Made by a program: the position numbers and the translations under genes. Of a stretch of DNA of 32,000 nt, positions 8,747 through 17,202 are shown piece by piece (within the stretch, counting starts at the first letter, position 1; each line of letters starts with the position of its first letter). The notes below the pieces were generated by a model. It was not told the DNA's origin. It saw only the letters and a list, made by a program, of their open reading frames with translations, and made no database searches. Origin of the DNA: Candidatus Tiddalikarchaeum anstoanum (GTDB lineage: Archaea; Nanobdellota; Nanobdellia; Tiddalikarchaeales; Tiddalikarchaeaceae). The stretch spans positions 50,496 to 82,495 of the forward strand of contig CABMEV010000001.1 in the NCBI GenBank assembly GCA_902385255.1, written 5' to 3'.

Positions 8747-9985
8747 ATGGATTTCAAGAAAATAATGCCTTATCTTTGTTTAATTATCCTGTTAGCCTCG
8801 CAATTCATTTTTGGCACTGATTTAACGCATCACCTTCATAACGCTTGGATTTATAATACCATGATTAAAGAGTGCAGGTTTATCCCGTACGATCCTTACC
8901 TATTGAACGGCGAGCAGATAACATTCGCTTACGGGCTTGTTGCATACCCTGTTGCTGGACTTGTCTGGTTCCTGCTTGGTGAGTACACTATTGATGTATT
9001 AATGGCTCTTTCTTCTATTGCCATTTTTGTAATACTGAAGATGCTGGTTAAGAATGATTTGCCTGTTAGTATTCTTACTTTGGCTATGTTATTTCACACG
9101 TTAGGTGACACTTATGTCTTTTATATCTCTAATCTATTATTCTATCTCGGATTATTATTGTATTATAAACACGTAAAGTTTTGGCAAGTTCCGATTATAC
9201 TGTCTTGCATAAACCACCCTATTGCCATCCTCCCTGCTATTTATTTCATTTTCAAGGATAAGAAATTGTTCGCGGTCTTGTCAACTGTAATTGTTTATTT
9301 TTTAGTAATCACTTTTCTTTTTTCTAAAAGTGCGAGTATGACCCCTTATCTTCCTTTGGTTATAATAGCGAGAACGTTTCTGTTATTATTCCCTGTTTTC
9401 ATAATTGAAGATTTGTATAAGGGGTTTAATAACGCTGCTGATAATATTCATACTAAAATAGCTGCTTATTCCAGGAATAGGACTGTAACGAATATTTCAA
9501 AGAAGATTATAACTTCAAGCAAGAAGAATATTTCTTTTTTTAAGAAATTATTCGATTTTAAGGTCCCGTTATTATATGTTATCGCAATGGTTTTAATTTC
9601 CATGTTCTCTGTGCTTATTCTTTCTCAAATATATTTCCAGACGTGGAATTATTCCTTATACGCTTTTAATGATAAATTATTTTATAATTTTCCAAACATA
9701 TCCGGAAGCGTCCGCGTTGTTGATTACAACTGGCTGCCTGCATTATTATTCACTCCGCCTAATGTTACTTTTTTTGGCGGGAGCTTCAGGGAGAATAATA
9801 ATATTGATTTCTCAACCCATGTTTGGGATAATTCTTCGTATTATTCTTTTTTGGTTAATAACAGTATTAATTACGTATTGGTCTGCAAGCAGTGCAATCT
9901 CCCTACTAATGAGCCGATTATAGTGCGTACTTTTTTTTCAAAATATTGGGAAAATGATTATTATACTTTGTATATTGTTAGATGA
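8747..9985 (+). CDS. Polytopic membrane protein, possibly GT-C-like
   Basis: 412 aa, many TM segments; early luminal acidic segment (FGTDLTHHLHNAWIYN). Confidence 0.6.
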   Translation: MDFKKIMPYLCLIILLASQFIFGTDLTHHLHNAWIYNTMIKECRFIPYDPYLLNGEQITFAYGLVAYPVAGLVWFLLGEYTIDVLMALSSIAIFVILKMLVKNDLPVSILTLAMLFHTLGDTYVFYISNLLFYLGLLLYYKHVKFWQVPIILSCINHPIAILPAIYFIFKDKKLFAVLSTVIVYFLVITFLFSKSASMTPYLPLVIIARTFLLLFPVFIIEDLYKGFNNAADNIHTKIAAYSRNRTVTNISKKIITSSKKNISFFKKLFDFKVPLLYVIAMVLISMFSVLILSQIYFQTWNYSLYAFNDKLFYNFPNISGSVRVVDYNWLPALLFTPPNVTFFGGSFRENNNIDFSTHVWDNSSYYSFLVNNSINYVLVCKQCNLPTNEPIIVRTFFSKYWENDYYTLYIVR

Positions 9986-10027
9986 TAAGTTTTAAAAAAG
10001 TAGAATTGCCCTCATTATACTAGTTTT

Positions 10028-10144
10028 GGGCGGGTAGCTCAGTCTGGTGGAGCGCTAGTCTTATAAGACTTGCACTAGTACAAAAAGTTTTTGGCTCAAG
10101 TCTGAGTCAACTAGTGGCCGGGAGTTCAAATCTCCCCCTGCCCA
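10028..10144 (+). tRNA. tRNA-Ile (anticodon TAT, 10062-10064) with 43-nt intron at 10066-10108 (position 37/38)
   Basis: Acceptor GGGCGGG/CCTGCCC, D-arm GCTC/GAGC, anticodon stem CTAGT/ACTAG with loop CTTATA|A, T-arm GGGAG-TTCAAAT-CTCCC, discriminator A. Intron ends pair (AGACTTG/CAAGTCT). Confidence 0.85.
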
Positions 10145-10209
10145 AATTATTTTAAGTAATAATCTATGTAATTATGCCTTTTGCTGAATATTTTTTCTAA
10201 GAATAGATT

Positions 10210-10515
10210 CTAATTTCTTAAGTCATATTTTTCTTTTATTAGTTTAACGAAGTTAAGATGTTTTTCTTTTTCTTCAGGCGTCATATTTGTTAAAATCTGA
10301 TTATACTCTTTTTTTATTTTTTTGTAATCAAAAGTTATTAAATCTTCTTTAAAAGCCTCGGAAAGATGATATACAAATAGTTGGTTATATTGTATCTTTT
10401 TTTCCATATATTTTAAAAATAACGGATCAAACTGGTTTAAGATTTTTTCAAGAAAATTAAAGGGTTTAAAGCAGTCAGCTAATGGTGCTTTTTGGTATTC
10501 AATTATTTCAAACAT
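10210..10515 (-). CDS. Hypothetical protein
   Basis: 101-aa ORF with ordinary composition, no antisense competitor. Confidence 0.5.
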   Translation of the reverse strand: MFEIIEYQKAPLADCFKPFNFLEKILNQFDPLFLKYMEKKIQYNQLFVYHLSEAFKEDLITFDYKKIKKEYNQILTNMTPEEKEKHLNFVKLIKEKYDLRN

Positions 10516-10663
10516 AACTCAATAAATTGAAAATAACCTACTTATAAGACTTTTGCAGCAAAATCTTTTTTGAGAGTGAGTATAACTTCTATCCTGCTCA
10601 AAACTCTATTAATAATGTGTAAAAACGTTTTTAAACAGCATTTTTTCTAAGCTATTATTAGAT

Positions 10664-11074
10664 ATGATTGAAAAAAGTAATTTGTTCAAAGGATTGGCTT
10701 TAGACTCCGTATTATGGAATAAGGGCTTCTCAATTTCAACAACAGTCGGCGATGCGAGAATAGTATACTTTTGCAACGATAAAAATATCAGCGTATACTT
10801 AGAGACTAATAATGACTCCATGAGAATCTGGAATTATAATTCAGCCACGCCAACAATATTAGTTGATTATGCAATAATGGATTACGCTTCAGACTGCCAA
10901 GTTGATAATAACTCATTTGTATACACATTAAGCGTTGAAGAATTAGCCAGAGAAGTTAATGATTTAATGCCTTTGGACAAACTGGATAATATAATTGATA
11001 CCCTGATAAATTACACTAACAATAAAGAATTCGTAGGATACCAGGCTGAAGCAAAGAATATGCCTTTTCTTTAA
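10664..11074 (+). CDS. Hypothetical protein
   Basis: 136-aa ORF. Confidence 0.6.
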   Translation: MIEKSNLFKGLALDSVLWNKGFSISTTVGDARIVYFCNDKNISVYLETNNDSMRIWNYNSATPTILVDYAIMDYASDCQVDNNSFVYTLSVEELAREVNDLMPLDKLDNIIDTLINYTNNKEFVGYQAEAKNMPFL

Positions 11075-11086
11075 TAAAAAAAATTG

Positions 11087-11761
11087 TTATCTAATCTTGA
11101 TATAATCTGCTTTTTTAGGCATCAAAAAAGAGTGTATGGAATTCGTCATGAATTTCACTAATCCTAATTTCTTAATTTTCCTGTCACTAGTGCGAACGGA
11201 TGTGTTAATAATCTTAAACTTGTATCCTCGTTTAAGCAGTTCTAAATGCATCTTCCTATCCTCATTCATCAGATAATTCTCATCAAAACCGTTTAATTCG
11301 TTAAACGCGTCCTTGGAGATTGCCATACAACACCCCCCGATTAATCCCAGCTCAGGCATGTTTTGCAGCAGAAACTTGTTGAATTCTAAAAAAGCGCGCA
11401 TGCTTTTATTGTTGTACATCTGAATCGGCGCGCAGAATGCAGTTTTTTTATTTATTGTCTTGCTTATAACTTTTAGCAGGTTAGGCTTAACAATAGTGTC
11501 AGCATCGACGAATACTAATATTCTGCCTTTTGCAATCTTTGCACCATTGTTCCTAACTTTGCTTATTGACTTTTGCTTGGCAAGGTTCAATACTTTGTCG
11601 GCGTATTTTTCAGAAAGCCCGCACGTATCATCGCTGGATGCATCATTGCATACAATAATCTCATAAGAACCCCTGTTAAGCGTCTGCTTATTAAGCGACT
11701 TTAATGTTTTCTCAATATATTTTTCCTCATTATGTGCAGGTATGATTACACTGATTAGCAT
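11087..11761 (-). CDS. Family 2 glycosyltransferase
   Basis: ISVIIPAHNEEKYIEKTLKSL, IIVCNDASSDDT, ILVFVDADT, GFDENYLMNEDRKM. Confidence 0.92.
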   Translation of the reverse strand: MLISVIIPAHNEEKYIEKTLKSLNKQTLNRGSYEIIVCNDASSDDTCGLSEKYADKVLNLAKQKSISKVRNNGAKIAKGRILVFVDADTIVKPNLLKVISKTINKKTAFCAPIQMYNNKSMRAFLEFNKFLLQNMPELGLIGGCCMAISKDAFNELNGFDENYLMNEDRKMHLELLKRGYKFKIINTSVRTSDRKIKKLGLVKFMTNSIHSFLMPKKADYIKIR

Positions 11762-11845
11762 ATATTAAAAAGTAAGTTATTTATTGTTTAAAAACAGTTA
11801 GCATAATATTTAAAAACTCCTTAATTGCTTATTTAATTAATACTT

Positions 11846-11920
11846 GCCCCTGTAGTCTAGTTCGGTTAAGGACTTTGGCCTTTCAAGCCGAAAACCTGGG
11901 TTCAAATCCCGGCGGGGGCA
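11846..11920 (+). tRNA. tRNA-Glu (TTC)
   Basis: Acceptor GCCCCTG/CGGGGGC, anticodon stem-loop TTGGC-CTTTCAA-GCCGA, T-arm CTGGG-TTCAAAT-CCCGG. Confidence 0.93.
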
Positions 11921-11932
11921 AACTATTTTTTT

Positions 11933-12265
11933 TTAAATATAATACCAATCTGCCGTGCAGCTCATACAATTATACGCGTTGTCAAAGAAGAAACCTACTT
12001 CAACATTAAAGATTTCACCAACATGCTCGCGGTTATAATTATCCCCCTCCCTAATCCTGCAGAGAGCCAAATAAACTGTTTTTTCACTATTATGCGCTTC
12101 TAAAAAAGTTAAGAACTCTGATACGTCATTAACATCATTTATCTTCCTCCAGAATATAGCCTTATCTTTATGAACTTGGGAAGGCGGATTATCAGCATAA
12201 AAAATATCAAACTTGCCTTTGCAAAAATCTTCCACCATAACCTTTACCTTGTCCAACTCTTCCAT
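11933..12265 (-). CDS. Hypothetical protein
   Basis: 110-aa ORF. Confidence 0.55.
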   Translation of the reverse strand: MEELDKVKVMVEDFCKGKFDIFYADNPPSQVHKDKAIFWRKINDVNDVSEFLTFLEAHNSEKTVYLALCRIREGDNYNREHVGEIFNVEVGFFFDNAYNCMSCTADWYYI

Positions 12266-12402
12266 AATAACCTTAATATATTCAGTTAATTAGTTTAAAG
12301 TTTATGTTGTACTCGAAAAAGAAATAGACAATTATCGAACTTTAAAAAACTAACTGTTTAAAATAGGTTTAAAAAAATGGGAATTACAGTCTTTACTATA
12401 GT

Positions 12403-13320
12403 ATGAAAGTGCTCGAAGTGAACCATTTCAAAAATATGATTAACGAGACGGTTAAAGTCATCGAGGACAAGAAGGACTACTTAAATTATATAAATGTATA
12501 CCCAGTCAGGGACGGCGACACCGGAAACAATTTATTATCCACATTTAAGAATACAAGATTGTTGAATGAGAAGGCAAACGTCAAGGATTTCCTGATAGAC
12601 CTGAAAAAATTAGTATTAACCGGAGCCAGGGGAAACAGCGGAGTAATAATCTCACAATTCTACAAAGGATTCTGCAACCACCTCATTGGGTCCAAGAATA
12701 TTGGCACTTTCGAATTCGCAAAAGCAATAGAGAACGGCTACTACCAAGCGTACAACTCCGTAAGTAAACCTGCCGAAGGCACAATGCTCAGCGTGTTAAA
12801 AGGAGCAAGCATAGGTGCTATCAAAGTATTAAAGAAAAGCGAATCAGTAATAGATGTATTGGAGAGCTCATTCAAATCAGCGCAAAAATACTTAAAAAAA
12901 ACTGTGAAACAGATTCCCATACTTAACAAGTCAGGTGTTGTAGATGCAGGCGGCTTGGGTGTTGTCTACATGCTCGGCGCATGGATGCGGGCAATAGGAG
13001 TACTGCCCAAATATGACCCTTCAATTAACAACTTGATATTAAAAGAGCCGCTTAGCAGCGGGATCAAAAATAAGTACTGCATATCAGTCTTAATTAAAGA
13101 CTGCAAGCATGAAAAAGAGCTGAAAGACCTTCTTAACTCACTTGGTGACTCATTGGACATAGGGGGAGACATTAATGCAGTCAAAGTTCATATTCACGCC
13201 AATGATTACGAAAACGTTAAGGCTGTATGTTCAGCATTTGGTGAATTATCAAGTTTCGAATATGACAATATGATGGAGCAAAATGAGAAAATTAGAGAAT
13301 ATAAAAATAATAACGGATGA
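12403..13320 (+). CDS. DAK2/DhaL-domain kinase subunit, FakA-like, short form
   Basis: INVYPVRDGDTGNNLLSTFKN, LTGARGNSGVIISQFYKGF, KPAEGTMLSVLKGA, LNKSGVVDAGGLGVVYML, then GDSLDIGGDINAVKVHIHANDYENV...FGELSSFEYDNMMEQNE. Confidence 0.88.
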   Translation: MKVLEVNHFKNMINETVKVIEDKKDYLNYINVYPVRDGDTGNNLLSTFKNTRLLNEKANVKDFLIDLKKLVLTGARGNSGVIISQFYKGFCNHLIGSKNIGTFEFAKAIENGYYQAYNSVSKPAEGTMLSVLKGASIGAIKVLKKSESVIDVLESSFKSAQKYLKKTVKQIPILNKSGVVDAGGLGVVYMLGAWMRAIGVLPKYDPSINNLILKEPLSSGIKNKYCISVLIKDCKHEKELKDLLNSLGDSLDIGGDINAVKVHIHANDYENVKAVCSAFGELSSFEYDNMMEQNEKIREYKNNNG

Positions 13321-14104
13321 GACTATTGATTTTTATCCAAGCTTTAATGAAAAAGAAATAGTCGTAATCAAAAACCACTTATTCCTGAACGGCAAAGAAG
13401 TTAGCCTGACAAAAAAAGAATTCTACGAGAAGATAACCGACAAGAAAAATCATTTCACAACAAGCCAGGCAAACCCTGAAGATTTTCTTGAAGTATTCAA
13501 AAAATATTCGGATTATAAAATTATAGTGATAACTGCGACTTCCAAGATGAGCGGCATAAACAACAGCGCAAACATTGCAAAAAAAGAAATGCCAAATAAT
13601 GATATTGCAGTAATAGACTCGGAGTCGTTAAGTGCAGGCCTCTCAATACTGGCAGATTTAGGATTACACCTAATCAAAGAAGGAGAAAGTTATGATAATA
13701 TTGTTAAAAAACTTGAAAACTTAAAACATAAGATAAAACTATTCTTCTTATTGACAAACCTTGACTACCTCGTGTCAAGCGGCAGGGTGAATAAAATAAT
13801 CGGATTCCTTGGAAAAGTAGTCAATATGAAACCCTTATTGGAGATTAAGGAAGGTGTGTTAACCAGCGCAGGAGCAATGATATTATCAAAAGATATGGTT
13901 AACTCTTTTTATGAATTCCTTGAAAATAAAATAAGAAATACGCATAAGATATTTATCATACACAACAACTTGGATGCTGAAATGAGGGCGCTGAAAAGTA
14001 AACTGGGACGAGGATATGACATTGAAATCATAAACTTCTTAAACACGCTTCTTGGCGTTTACAGCGGACCTGAATGCTTGGCAGTAGGATGGGTTGAAGA
14101 ATGA
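13283..14104 (+). CDS. DegV-family protein, FakB-like fatty-acid-binding subunit
   Basis: IKIITDETIDF, TTSQANPEDFLEVF, IIVITATSKMSGINNSANIA, LDYLVSSGRVNKIIGFLGKVVNMKPLLEIKEG, YSGPECLAVGWV; overlaps upstream gene by 38 bp. Confidence 0.88.
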   Translation: MRKLENIKIITDETIDFYPSFNEKEIVVIKNHLFLNGKEVSLTKKEFYEKITDKKNHFTTSQANPEDFLEVFKKYSDYKIIVITATSKMSGINNSANIAKKEMPNNDIAVIDSESLSAGLSILADLGLHLIKEGESYDNIVKKLENLKHKIKLFFLLTNLDYLVSSGRVNKIIGFLGKVVNMKPLLEIKEGVLTSAGAMILSKDMVNSFYEFLENKIRNTHKIFIIHNNLDAEMRALKSKLGRGYDIEIINFLNTLLGVYSGPECLAVGWVEE

Positions 14105-14697
14105 CATACGGCATTTTCTTGTCATGCATAATCAGCTACATTTTAGGCAGTTACCCGACTGCTTATTTCATAATCAGGATGTTTGAAAGAAAAAACATAT
14201 TCGAATCAGGTGATAAGAATATGGGCGGAACCAATGGATTAATAATATCCAAATCATATAAAATATTTTTCCTGATAGGACTAGTTGATATCTTAAAATC
14301 TTTTTTCGCAGCAGTAACATCTTACTACATAATTAAAGATTTCTGGCTGGCAGCTTTATTATCCGGGATATTCAGCACTCTTGGCCATAACTACAGCGTA
14401 TTTAAAAATTTCAAGGGAGGAAAAGGTGCGAGCACTAATGCAGGAACATTCTTTTTCATAAATCCATCAATGATGGTTTTATTCCTGCTAAGCATAATGG
14501 TGTTATCATTAAGCAATAAAAAATTAAATTTTACGAATAATGAATTCGTCGAGTCAATATACAGGATGATATTATTTTTAACGCTAACATCACTATTTTT
14601 TCCAGACTTCTTCATTCACGCATTAGTGCTGCAATCATTGTCTGTTTTAAAATACGCAACTGAAGGACAGTTTAGCAAAAAAATTCTAGAGTTTTAG
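14101..14697 (+). CDS. plsY: Acyl-phosphate:glycerol-3-phosphate acyltransferase PlsY
   Basis: ISYILGSYPTAY, SGDKNMGGTNGL, LGHNYSVFKNFKGGKGASTNAG; multiple TM; ATGA overlap with DegV gene. Confidence 0.92.
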   Translation: MTYGIFLSCIISYILGSYPTAYFIIRMFERKNIFESGDKNMGGTNGLIISKSYKIFFLIGLVDILKSFFAAVTSYYIIKDFWLAALLSGIFSTLGHNYSVFKNFKGGKGASTNAGTFFFINPSMMVLFLLSIMVLSLSNKKLNFTNNEFVESIYRMILFLTLTSLFFPDFFIHALVLQSLSVLKYATEGQFSKKILEF

Positions 14698-14728
14698 CAA
14701 CTTTTAATAATATGGCGCGTTTTTTTTA

Positions 14729-15427
14729 ATGAAAATGATATCTGACCAGATGCAGCCTTTCTCAATGATTTATTACTTATTCTTGTTTTTGCTTATCATA
14801 TTTACTCCAATGCTGATACTCTCGCCGTTATTGCACTTAATCCAGTTAAACTTAGCATTTTTATTCCCGTTCATAATGATAATAGTATACTTACTCGGGG
14901 TCAGTTACGCATTCTTGTTCCTGTTAGAATCATGGCTTATACTGAAAGTTTTATACAACCCTAAGAATAAGGAAGGCGAATTCCCAATAAACTCTACAAA
15001 TCCTGCAGTGATATACTGGGCTTTGAATGAGTTATTGATGCACATGAATGAAAAAATATTTTCAATGCTACTAATACCCATATCAGTTTATTCAGAACTA
15101 ATATTCTTTGTTTTCGGATTAAAAAAAGGAAAACGCATCCAGCTTAACCCGATAAATGACCCTTACCTTACCGAGATAGGTGACAATTTCATGATGGGGC
15201 TTGGAGCATTAATATCAGGCCATCACATAATAGGCGGAAAGATTTACATCAAAAAAATTAAGATAGGAAAAAATGTTACCATAGGTGCGAATGCACTTAT
15301 CAGTCCTGGCGCAGTCATAGAGGATAACGTGGTAGTCGGAGCTAACAGTTTCGTAAAAAAAGATTCAGTGCTCGAGAAATCTTCATTTTATGCCGGAACG
15401 CCTGCAAAATTAATAAAAAAAATCTAA
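14729..15427 (+). CDS. Left-handed beta-helix acyltransferase-like membrane protein
   Basis: N-terminal hydrophobic segments then hexapeptide repeats: IGDNFMMGLGALISGHH, IGKNVTIGANALISPGAVIEDNVVVGANSFVKKDSV. Confidence 0.8.
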   Translation: MKMISDQMQPFSMIYYLFLFLLIIFTPMLILSPLLHLIQLNLAFLFPFIMIIVYLLGVSYAFLFLLESWLILKVLYNPKNKEGEFPINSTNPAVIYWALNELLMHMNEKIFSMLLIPISVYSELIFFVFGLKKGKRIQLNPINDPYLTEIGDNFMMGLGALISGHHIIGGKIYIKKIKIGKNVTIGANALISPGAVIEDNVVVGANSFVKKDSVLEKSSFYAGTPAKLIKKI

Positions 15428-16425
15428 TACTTGCCCAAGTTTCCAACTTCCTTAATTAAAGGCTTTAATGATTTTGCACCATGGAAGAATATGCTAAAAT
15501 CTCTATACCAGCTCATATTGCATTTATTGCAAGGCATCTTTTTGAAATCTGATGGTTTCAAATCCAGGACGTCGCCGAAACTCTTAGCCAGATGCATGCA
15601 AGGGTAAACCTTGAAATTCCAGGCGACGAATAATGTCAGGTATCCTCCAAGGCAAGGATAAGGAGGTGTTTCTTTCTTAAGATAAGATATTATATTATTC
15701 AATGAGTCAACAGGGTTTACTATCTTAAACTCTTTCTTTAACTTGATGACTTCTTCCAGTGCTTTTATCACCTGAACATTTGTTAATTTTATTGCTTCAC
15801 CGCCAAGAGTGTAAACAGGGGATTCTGAAAACTCCGGATAATTAACTGCGATGGTGTCAAATCCAAGCTCTTCACATTTTTTGAATAATTTTCCAAGACA
15901 ATTATGATTAAAATTAGATATTAAAATTGAAGCTACTGTTTTAATCTTGCGTTTTTTTAATTCAGACACTGCTTTCTTAATATGGTCCAGTAATCCAGGT
16001 ATCTTCCTTGATTCAAACTCCACCTTATTAGTGTAATGGTCAACAGATATCGCCACATAATCCACTTTTGCCCTCTTTAATGCATCAAGCCTTTGCTCAG
16101 TAAAAAGCCTAGCATCCGCGTTTAATATTGACGTAATAATATTCTCCTTCGAACATTCTGCAGCTATCTTTTCAAAATTAGGATGAAGCAAAGGCTCACC
16201 GCCTGTTAAAGTAATAAATCTAACACCCAGCCTTGACAAATGCCTAACTGCCTTAATTGCTTTTTCAGTATCTACTACAACTTTTGGCTGCTGTTTCCAA
16301 ATCGTGCAGAAAGAGCATTGAGCACTGCAGATATTAGTGAGTGCGAATTCACAGACCTTGATTTTATTCGTTAATATACCCTTTATTACAGATAATTTTT
16401 TGCCCATTTCTGTAAACGATTCCAT
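15424..16425 (-). CDS. Radical SAM protein with C-terminal Cys cluster (SPASM-like)
   Basis: LTNICSAQCSFCTIW (CxxxCxxC), TLTGGEPLLHPN, C-terminal YPCLGG...YPCMHL...MPCNKCNMSW. Confidence 0.9.
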   Translation of the reverse strand: MESFTEMGKKLSVIKGILTNKIKVCEFALTNICSAQCSFCTIWKQQPKVVVDTEKAIKAVRHLSRLGVRFITLTGGEPLLHPNFEKIAAECSKENIITSILNADARLFTEQRLDALKRAKVDYVAISVDHYTNKVEFESRKIPGLLDHIKKAVSELKKRKIKTVASILISNFNHNCLGKLFKKCEELGFDTIAVNYPEFSESPVYTLGGEAIKLTNVQVIKALEEVIKLKKEFKIVNPVDSLNNIISYLKKETPPYPCLGGYLTLFVAWNFKVYPCMHLAKSFGDVLDLKPSDFKKMPCNKCNMSWYRDFSIFFHGAKSLKPLIKEVGNLGKY

Positions 16426-16494
16426 ATTTCATTATAAACTTTTTTGTTTAAAAAAATAAACTTATTTAAATGCGCAGTTCTTTTCATCAAAAAC

Positions 16495-17199
16495 ATGGCA
16501 GTGTTGCTATCTATAATCATACCCTCGCATAATGAGGAAAAATATATTGGTAACACGTTGAGGCACGTGTTAAAACAGACTATGCAGAGGGACAAGTATG
16601 AAATCATTGTAAGTGATGCACACTCAACTGATGCTACATTTAAGGTAGCAAAAAAATATGCTGACAAAGTTTTATTGGCAGACACGCATAATGCTGCAGA
16701 AGGCAGAAATTACGGTGCAAAGTATGCAAAAGGAAAAATTTTGCTGTTCCTTGATGCGGATACATTGCTTGGAAAAGAATCATTAACCAGGATTGAAGAG
16801 TTCATAAACAAAGGTTATGGCGGAGGGACGTTCACACTCTTAGGACAGGAGTCTAATTTCGTGGACAAGTTATCACTTAAAATACTTGAAATTATAGAAA
16901 TATTATCCGCGTATGTTGGAATAGCTTACACTAACGGCAGCTGCACTTTCGTAACCAGAGAAGGATTCGATAAAACCCACGGCTTCAATCCGAAAATAGA
17001 TGTCGGAGAGGATAATGATTTCATAAGACGGGTTTCGAAATTTTATAAGACTGGATTAATCAAGTATTATGCAGAGATAAGCTTAAGGCGTATTCATAGG
17101 AAAGGCTGGATTCCATTATACTGGTTATGGGCGAAGAGTTTCTTTAAATCACTATTTTCAAGGGAGATAAAGAATAAGGAATACTGGGAGGACAGGTAA
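16495..17199 (+). CDS. Family 2 glycosyltransferase (ATG at 16495)
   Basis: LLSIIIPSHNEEKYIGNTLRHVL, ILLFLDADTLL, GEDNDFIRR, C-terminal hydrophobic/amphipathic stretch. Confidence 0.9.
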   Translation: MAVLLSIIIPSHNEEKYIGNTLRHVLKQTMQRDKYEIIVSDAHSTDATFKVAKKYADKVLLADTHNAAEGRNYGAKYAKGKILLFLDADTLLGKESLTRIEEFINKGYGGGTFTLLGQESNFVDKLSLKILEIIEILSAYVGIAYTNGSCTFVTREGFDKTHGFNPKIDVGEDNDFIRRVSKFYKTGLIKYYAEISLRRIHRKGWIPLYWLWAKSFFKSLFSREIKNKEYWEDR

Positions 17200-17202
17200 G
17201 TT

